Virus record (IMG/VR): IMGVR_UViG_2684622774_000013
DNA: 44,555 nucleotides
From: a virus
Lineage: Duplodnaviria > Heunggongvirae > Uroviricota > Caudoviricetes
Direction: 5' to 3' (one strand)
The translations under genes were made by a program, and so were the position numbers. The notes beneath the pieces were generated by a model, which saw only the letters and a program-made list of their open reading frames with translations, was not told the origin of the DNA and did not search any database. Shown here piece by piece: positions 38,476 through 44,555 of the stretch (position 1 is its first letter; every line of letters begins with the position of its first letter).

Positions 38476-39173
38476 TGCAGGACATACAACAGGAAACGCT
38501 GAATGAATGCATTCGTGCGGAGCAGTCGGCCAGCGTGGTGCTCTGGGAAATCGACCTGACCGAGGTAGGCGGGGATCGCTACTTTTTCTGCAATGAGCAG
38601 AACGAGAAAGGAGAGTCTGTCACCTGGCAGAGTCGGCAGTATCAGGCCTATCCCATTCAGGGGAGTGGATTTGAGATGAACGGCAAAGGTGCCAGTGCAA
38701 GGCCAACGCTGAAAGTCTCTAATCTGCACGGCATGGTCACCGGGATGGCGGAAGACCTGCAGAGTCTGGTCGGCGGAACGGTGGTCAGGCGTAAGGTTTA
38801 CGCCCGTTTTCTGGATGCGGTGAACTTCGTCAACGGAAACAGTGACGCCGATCCGGAGCAGGAGGTGATCAGCCGCTGGCGTATTGAGCAGTGCAGCGAA
38901 CTGAGCGCGGTCAGTGCCTCCTTTGTACTGTCCACGCCGACGGAAACGGACGGCGCTGTTTTTCCGGGGCGCATCATGCTTGCTAATACCTGCACCTGGA
39001 CCTATCGCGGTGACGAGTGCGGTTATAGCGGTCCGGCTGTCGCGGATGAATATGACCAGCCAACGTCCGATATCACGAAGGATAAATGCAGCAAATGCCT
39101 GAGCGGTTGTAAGTTCCGCAATAACGTCGGCAACTTTGGCGGCTTCCTTTCCATTAACAAACTTTCGCAGTAA
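38475..39173 (+). CDS. Minor tail protein, lambda gpL-like (232 aa)
   Basis: Order M-L-K-I-J. C-terminal Cys cluster (CSKCLSGCKFRNN). Confidence 0.88.
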   Translation: MQDIQQETLNECIRAEQSASVVLWEIDLTEVGGDRYFFCNEQNEKGESVTWQSRQYQAYPIQGSGFEMNGKGASARPTLKVSNLHGMVTGMAEDLQSLVGGTVVRRKVYARFLDAVNFVNGNSDADPEQEVISRWRIEQCSELSAVSASFVLSTPTETDGAVFPGRIMLANTCTWTYRGDECGYSGPAVADEYDQPTSDITKDKCSKCLSGCKFRNNVGNFGGFLSINKLSQ

Positions 39174-39178
39174 ATCCC

Positions 39179-39922
39179 ATGACACAGACAGAATCAGCGA
39201 TTCTGGCGCACGCCCGGCGATGTGCGCCAGCGGAGTCGTGCGGCTTCGTGGTGAGAACACCGGAGGGGGAAAGATATTTCCCCTGCGTGAATATCTCCGG
39301 TGAGCCGGAGGCGTATTTCCGTATGTCGCCGGAAGACTGGCTGCAGGCAGAGATGCAGGGTGAGATTGTGGCGCTGGTCCACAGCCACCCCGGTGGTCTG
39401 CCCTGGCTGAGTGAGGCCGACCGGCGGCTGCAGGTGCAGAGTGATTTGTCGTGGTGGCTGGTCTGCCGCGGGGCGATTCACAAGTTCCGCTGTGTGCCGC
39501 ATCTCACCGGGCGGCGCTTTGAGCACGGGGTGACGGACTGTTACACGCTGTTCCGGGACGCTTACCATCTGGCGGGAATTGAGATGCCAGATTTTCATCG
39601 TGAGGACGACTGGTGGCGTAATGGTCAGAATCTCTATCTGGATAATCTGGAGGCTACAGGGCTGTATCAGGTGCCGTTGTCAACGGCGCAGCCGGGCGAT
39701 GTGCTGCTGTGCTGTTTTGGTTCATCGGTGCCGAATCATGCCGCCATTTACTGTGGTGACGGCGAGCTGCTGCACCATATTCCTGAACAACTGAGTAAAC
39801 GAGAGAGGTACACCGACAAATGGCAGCGACGCACACACTCCCTCTGGCGTCACCGGGCATGGCACGCATCTGCCTTTACGGGGATTTGCAGCGATTTGGC
39901 CGCCGCATCGACCTTCGTGTGA
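39179..39922 (+). CDS. Tail assembly protein, lambda gpK-like (247 aa)
   Basis: JAB/MPN-like (HSHP) and NlpC/P60-like motifs. Confidence 0.88.
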   Translation: MTQTESAILAHARRCAPAESCGFVVRTPEGERYFPCVNISGEPEAYFRMSPEDWLQAEMQGEIVALVHSHPGGLPWLSEADRRLQVQSDLSWWLVCRGAIHKFRCVPHLTGRRFEHGVTDCYTLFRDAYHLAGIEMPDFHREDDWWRNGQNLYLDNLEATGLYQVPLSTAQPGDVLLCCFGSSVPNHAAIYCGDGELLHHIPEQLSKRERYTDKWQRRTHSLWRHRAWHASAFTGICSDLAAASTFV

Positions 39923-40467
39923 AAACGGGGGCCGAAGCCATCCGGGCACTGGCCACACAGCTCCCGGCATTTCGTCAGAAACTGAGCGACGGCTGGTATC
40001 AGGTGCGCATTGCCGGGCGTGATGCAGGCGAAAATGAATTATCTGCCCGTCTTAATGAACCGCTGGCAAATGGTGCCGTGATCCACATCGTTCCGCGTCT
40101 GGCGGGTGCCAAAAGTGGCGGTGTGTTTCAGGCGGTGCTGGGTGCGGCGCTGATTGCGGTGGCATGGTGGAACCCTGTGGGCTGGCTGGGGGCCGCGGCT
40201 GTATCGGGTATGTATGCAGCAGGGGCCAGTATGATCCTGGGTGGTGTGGCGCAGATGCTGGCACCGAAAGCCAGGACGCCCACGGCAGCCAGTACAGATA
40301 ACGGCAAACAGAACACGTATTTCTCGTCACTGGATAACATGGTTGCCCAGGGTAATGTTCTGCCTGTTCTGTACGGGGAAATGCGCGTGGGGTCACGTGT
40401 GGTTTCTCAGGAGATCAGCACGGCAGACGAAGGGGATGGTGGTCAGGTTGTGGTGATTGGTCGCTGA
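39820..40467 (+). CDS. Tail assembly protein, lambda gpI-like (215 aa)
   Basis: Overlaps the end of K as in lambda. Hydrophobic Gly/Ala-rich central segment. Confidence 0.8.
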   Translation: MAATHTLPLASPGMARICLYGDLQRFGRRIDLRVKTGAEAIRALATQLPAFRQKLSDGWYQVRIAGRDAGENELSARLNEPLANGAVIHIVPRLAGAKSGGVFQAVLGAALIAVAWWNPVGWLGAAAVSGMYAAGASMILGGVAQMLAPKARTPTAASTDNGKQNTYFSSLDNMVAQGNVLPVLYGEMRVGSRVVSQEISTADEGDGGQVVVIGR

Positions 40468-40513
40468 TGCAAAATGTTTTATGTGAAATCGCCTCCGGGC
40501 GGTTTTATCGTTT

Positions 40514-43500
40514 ATGGAGCNNNNNNNNNNNNNNNNNNNNNNNNNNNNNNNNNNNNNNNNNNNNNNNNNNNNNNNNNNNNNNNNNNNNNNNNNNNNNNNN
40601 NNNNNNNNNNNNNNNNNNNNNNNNNNNNNNNNNNNNNNNNNNNNNNNNNNNNNNNNNNNNNNNNNNNNNNNNNNNNNNNNNNNNNNNACCAACATCTCCG
40701 GCGTCACGGTGGTGTTCCGGGCAGGTGAGCAGGAGCAGTCACCGCCGGAGGGGTTTGAATCCTCCGGCTCCGAGACGGTGCTGGGTACGGAAGTGAAATA
40801 TGACACGCCGATCACCCGGACCATCACGTCGGCAAACATCGACCGTCTGCGCTTTACCTTCGGTGTACAGGCACTGGTGGAAACCACCTCAAAGGGAGAC
40901 AGGAATCCGTCGGAAGTCCGCCTGCTGGTTCAGATACAGCGTAACGGTGGCTGGGTGACGGAAAAAGACATCACCATTAAGGGCAAAACCACCTCGCAGT
41001 ATCTGGCCTCGGTGGTGGTGGATAACCTGCCGCCGCGCCCGTTTAATATCCGGATGCGCAGAATGACGCCGGACAGCACCACAGACCAGCTGCAGAACAA
41101 AACGCTCTGGTCGTCATACACCGAAATCATCGATGTGAAACAGTGCTACCCGAACACGGCACTGGTCGGCGTGCAGGTGGACTCGGAGCAGTTCGGCAGC
41201 CAGCAGGTGAGCCGTAATTATCATCTTCGCGGGCGCATTCTGCAGGTGCCGTCGAACTATAATCCGCAGACGCGGCAATACAGCGGTATCTGGGACGGAA
41301 CGTTAAAACCGGCATACAGCAACAACATGGCCTGGTGTCTGTGGGATATGCTGACCCATCCGCGCTATGGCATGGGGAAACGTCTTGGTGCGGCAGATGT
41401 GGATAAATGGGCGCTGTATGTCATCGGCCAGTACTGTGACCAGTCGGNNNNNNNNNNNNNNNNNNNNNNNNNNNNNNNNNNNNNNNNNNNNNNNNNNNNN
41501 NNNNNNNNNNNNNNNNNNNNNNNNNNNNNNNNNNNNNNNNNNNNNNNNNNNNNNNNNNNNNNNNNNNNNNNNNNNNNNNNNNNNNNNNNNNNNNNNNNNN
41601 NNNNNNNNNNNNNNNNNNNNNNNNNNNNNNNNNNNNNNNNNNNNNNNNNNNNNNNNNNNNNNNNNNNNNNNNNNNNNNNNNNNNNNNNNNNNNNNNNNNN
41701 NNNNNNNNNNNNNNNNNNNNNNNNNNNNNNNNNNNNNNNNNTTGACCCGGATAACGGCTGGGAGACGGCGACAGAGCTTGTGGAGGATACGCAGGCCATT
41801 GTCCGTTACGGTCGTAACGTCACGAAGATGGATGCCTTTGGCTGTACCAGCCGGGGGCAGGCACACCGCGCCGGGCTGTGGCTGATTAAAACGGAACTGC
41901 TGGAGACGCAGACCGTGGATTTCAGCGTGGGTGCTGAAGGGCTTCGCCATGTACCGGGCGATGTCATTGAAATCTGCGATGATGACTATGCCGGTATCCG
42001 CACCGGCGGGCGCGTGCTGGCGGTGAACAGCCAGACCCGGACGCTGACGCTCGACCGTGAAATCACGCTGCCATCCTCCGGCACCACGCTGATAAGCCTG
42101 GTTGACGGGCAGGGGAATCCGGTCAGCGTGGAGGTCCAGTCCGTCACCGACGGCGTGAAGGTAAAAGTGAGCCGTGTTCCTGACGGTGTTGCTGAATACA
42201 GCGTGTGGGGGCTGAAGCTGCCGACGCTGCACCAGCGATTGTTCCGCTGCGTGAGTANNNNNNNNNNNNNNNNNNNNNNNNNNNNNNNNNNNNNNNNNNN
42301 NNNNNNNNNNNNNNNNNNNNNNNNNNNNNNNNNNNNNNNNNNNNNNNNNNNNNNNNNNNNNNNNNNNNNNNNNNNNNNNNNNNNNNNNNNNNNNNNNNNN
42401 NNNNNNNNNNNNNNNNNNNNNNNNNNNNNNNNNNNNNNNNNNNNNNNNNNNNNNNNNNNNNNNNNNNNNNNNNNNNNNNNNNNNNNNNNNNNNNNNNNNN
42501 NNNNNNNNNNNNNNNNNNNNNNNNNNNNNNNNNNNNNNNNNNNNNNNNNNNNNNNNNNNNNNNNNNNNNNGCTGACAGTCCGGGCAGTAAATGCGTGGGG
42601 GCAGCAGGGCGATCCGGCGTCGGTATCGTTCCGGATTGCCGCACCGGCAGCGCTGTCGCGGATTGAGCTGACGCCGGGCTATTTTCAGATAACCGCCACG
42701 CCGCATCTTGCGGTTTATGATCCGACGGTACAGTTTGAGTTCTGGTTCTCGGAAAAGCGGATTGCGGATATCAGGCAGGTTGAAACCACAGCACGCTATC
42801 TTGGCACGGCGCTGTACTGGATAGCCGCCAGTATCAATATCAAACCGGGCCATGATTATTACTTTTATATCCGCAGTGTGAACACCGTTGGCAAATCGGC
42901 ATTCGTGGAGGCTGTTGGTCAGCCGAGTGATGATGCATCCGGTTATCTGGATTTTTTCAAAGGCGAGATAGGGAAAACCCATCTGGCTCAGGAGCTGTGG
43001 ACGCAGATTGATAACGGTCAGCTTGCGCCTGACCTGGCTGAAATCAGGACGTCCATTACGGATGTCAGCAATGAAATCACGCAGACCGTCAATAAGAAAC
43101 TGGAAGACCAGAGTGCGGCAATTCAGCAGATACAGAAGGTTCAGGTTGATACAAATAATAACCTGAACAGCATGTGGGCTGTGAAGCTGCAGCAGATGCA
43201 GGACGGACGCCTTTATATCGCGGGTATTGGTGCCGGTATTGAGAACACCCCTGACGGCATGCAGAGTCAGGTGCTGCTGGCGGCGGACAGGATTGCGATG
43301 GTTAATCCTGCGAATGGCAACACAAAACCGATGTTTGTTGGTCAGGGCGATCAGATATTCATGAACGACGTGTTCCTGAAACGCCTGACGGCCCCCACCA
43401 TTACCAGCGGTGGAAATCCATCGGCATTTTCCCTGACTCCGGACGGAAAGCTGACCGCTAAAAATGCGGATATCAGTGGCAGTGTGAATGCGAACGCCGG

Positions 43501-44002
43501 GACGCTCAACAATGTCACGGTAAATGAAAACTGTACGATTAAGGGCATGCTGGAGGCGACTCAGGTCAGAGGTGACTTCGTTAAAGCTGTATCCAAATCA
43601 TTTCCGAAACAGGCTGGTACGTGGGGTAACACGGAAACACCAAACGGGACGGTTACAGTCACCATAAGCGATGATCATAACTTTGACCGCCAGATTATTA
43701 TTCCGCCCATTATTTTTAACGGTATAGCGTATGACGATCCGGGGAGCGGAAATAACCCAGGAGGCACGCGATACACGGGTTATGGTTTTGAAGTTCGCAA
43801 AAACGGCGTATTAATCGCATCCAGAGAAACTAAAGGGGCCATTCCCGGTAGTTACAGTGCAGTTATTGATATGCCTAGTGGTGGTGGTAGCGTCACTCTG
43901 GAGTTTAAGATTTTCCAGAAAGGCAATCAGGGGGCAGGCAATATCACCGACTGTACGGTGATTGTGACCAAAAAAGCGGCTTCCGGCATCAGTATTCGTT
44001 GA
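40514..44002 (+). CDS. Host specificity / central tail fibre protein, lambda gpJ-like (about 1160 aa), interrupted by three N-masked blocks
   Basis: Long stretches parallel lambda J ([42 protein letters not shown]...). The C-terminal 150 aa diverge from lambda J. Confidence 0.9.
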   Translation: MEXXXXXXXXXXXXXXXXXXXXXXXXXXXXXXXXXXXXXXXXXXXXXXXXXXXXXXXXTNISGVTVVFRAGEQEQSPPEGFESSGSETVLGTEVKYDTPITRTITSANIDRLRFTFGVQALVETTSKGDRNPSEVRLLVQIQRNGGWVTEKDITIKGKTTSQYLASVVVDNLPPRPFNIRMRRMTPDSTTDQLQNKTLWSSYTEIIDVKQCYPNTALVGVQVDSEQFGSQQVSRNYHLRGRILQVPSNYNPQTRQYSGIWDGTLKPAYSNNMAWCLWDMLTHPRYGMGKRLGAADVDKWALYVIGQYCDQSXXXXXXXXXXXXXXXXXXXXXXXXXXXXXXXXXXXXXXXXXXXXXXXXXXXXXXXXXXXXXXXXXXXXXXXXXXXXXXXXXXXXXXXXXXXXXXXXXXXDPDNGWETATELVEDTQAIVRYGRNVTKMDAFGCTSRGQAHRAGLWLIKTELLETQTVDFSVGAEGLRHVPGDVIEICDDDYAGIRTGGRVLAVNSQTRTLTLDREITLPSSGTTLISLVDGQGNPVSVEVQSVTDGVKVKVSRVPDGVAEYSVWGLKLPTLHQRLFRCVSXXXXXXXXXXXXXXXXXXXXXXXXXXXXXXXXXXXXXXXXXXXXXXXXXXXXXXXXXXXXXXXXXXXXXXXXXXXXXXXXXXXXXXXXXXXXXXXXXXXXXXXXXLTVRAVNAWGQQGDPASVSFRIAAPAALSRIELTPGYFQITATPHLAVYDPTVQFEFWFSEKRIADIRQVETTARYLGTALYWIAASINIKPGHDYYFYIRSVNTVGKSAFVEAVGQPSDDASGYLDFFKGEIGKTHLAQELWTQIDNGQLAPDLAEIRTSITDVSNEITQTVNKKLEDQSAAIQQIQKVQVDTNNNLNSMWAVKLQQMQDGRLYIAGIGAGIENTPDGMQSQVLLAADRIAMVNPANGNTKPMFVGQGDQIFMNDVFLKRLTAPTITSGGNPSAFSLTPDGKLTAKNADISGSVNANAGTLNNVTVNENCTIKGMLEATQVRGDFVKAVSKSFPKQAGTWGNTETPNGTVTVTISDDHNFDRQIIIPPIIFNGIAYDDPGSGNNPGGTRYTGYGFEVRKNGVLIASRETKGAIPGSYSAVIDMPSGGGSVTLEFKIFQKGNQGAGNITDCTVIVTKKAASGISIR

Positions 44003-44024
44003 AATATTTATAACCCCAATAAAT

Positions 44025-44049
44025 GGCGTCAGGAATGACGCCTTTTTTA
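44025..44049 (+). terminator. Intrinsic terminator after the J-like gene
   Basis: GGCGTCA-GGAA-TGACGCC followed by TTTTTT. Confidence 0.7.
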
Positions 44050-44072
44050 TTGCAGAAAAGCGAGAGGTAATT

Positions 44073-44555
44073 ATGCGTAAAGTTTGTGCAGCCATTTTGT
44101 CCGCAGCCATTTGCCTGGCCGTATCCGGTGCGCCTGCATGGGCGTCTGAACATCAGTCCACGCTGAGCGCGGGGTATCTTCATGCCCGGACCAACGTTCC
44201 CGGCAGTGATGATCTGAACGGGATTAACGTGAAATACCGTTATGAGTTTACGGATACGCTGGGGCTGGTGACGTCATTCAGCTATGCAGGAGACAAGAAT
44301 CGCCAGCTGACCCGTTACAGCGATACCCGCTGGCATGAAGATTCCGTGCGTAACCGCTGGTTCAGCGTGATGGCGGGGCCGTCTGTGCGCGTGAATGAAT
44401 GGTTCAGCGCGTATGCGATGGCGGGTGTGGCTTACAGCCGTGTGTCGACTTTTTCCGGGGATTATATCCGCGTAACTGACAATAAGGGGAAAACGCACGA
44501 TGTGCTGACCGGAAGTGATGACGGTCGCCACAGCAACACGTCTCTGGCGCACTGA
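44073..44555 (+). CDS. lomR: Lom/Ail-family outer membrane protein (160 aa); probably C-terminally truncated
   Basis: Signal peptide (MRKVCAAILSAAICLAVSGAPAWA) and Lom-like motifs (GINVKYRYEFTD..., WFSVMAGPSVRVNEWFSAYAMAGVAYSR). No C-terminal aromatic residue; stop coincides with the window end. Confidence 0.75.
   Translation: MRKVCAAILSAAICLAVSGAPAWASEHQSTLSAGYLHARTNVPGSDDLNGINVKYRYEFTDTLGLVTSFSYAGDKNRQLTRYSDTRWHEDSVRNRWFSVMAGPSVRVNEWFSAYAMAGVAYSRVSTFSGDYIRVTDNKGKTHDVLTGSDDGRHSNTSLAH

Noticed and set aside
38451-39260. 269-aa minus-strand ORF
   Set aside because: Antisense to the gpL-like and gpK-like genes, which have recognisable products; no SD; typical GC-rich antisense ORF.
41303-42982. 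559-aa minus-strand ORF, and other X-containing minus-strand ORFs inside J
   Set aside because: Antisense to the clearly recognisable J gene, GC-rich and spanning N blocks; spurious.
1-44555. Looked for tRNA genes, CRISPR repeats, IS elements and att core repeats
   Set aside because: No tRNA-like T-loop or acceptor signatures, no regularly spaced direct repeats and no transposase ORF were seen. The att sites are presumably outside the window, which starts at the integrase stop codon.

Overview
This window is a nearly complete Rac-like lambdoid prophage of Escherichia coli, running from the integrase stop codon (1) to the stop of a Lom-family outer-membrane protein gene (44555). All calls rest on reading the ORF translations and sequence by eye; no searches were run. 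Leftward (minus strand) lie integration and recombination genes (intR, xis, rcbA/ydaC, ralR, recT, recE) and racC, ydaE and kilR. Then come sieB, a CI-like repressor (racR-like) with a divergent Cro-like ydaS and ydaT, and the replication genes ydaU, ydaV and ydaW. An AT-rich accessory island (about 11.9-15.7 kb) follows, carrying a two-gene cassette of unknown function (a protein with an HEPN-like R-x4-H motif plus a protein with a GNAT-like C-terminal domain), a possible Cys-rich peptide and a yeaR-like DUF1971 gene preceded by a 37-bp palindrome resembling an NsrR box. This cassette is the best candidate for an undescribed defence or toxin module. Downstream are nin-region genes (DUF1367-like, ybcO-like), a putative antiterminator Q, two tandem TolA-domain-III-like lipoprotein genes, the lysis cassette (S21-type holin, SAR endolysin, Rz with embedded Rz1), the trkG potassium transporter moron, a ParB-like gene and a possible glycosyltransferase. 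The late region encodes terminase, portal, head, tail (including the G/GT -1 frameshift), tape measure, M, L, K, I, a J-like tail tip protein and lom. Five N-masked blocks interrupt ydaV, the endolysin/Rz junction and J, so those genes are partial. No tRNA, rRNA, CRISPR array or transposase was seen.
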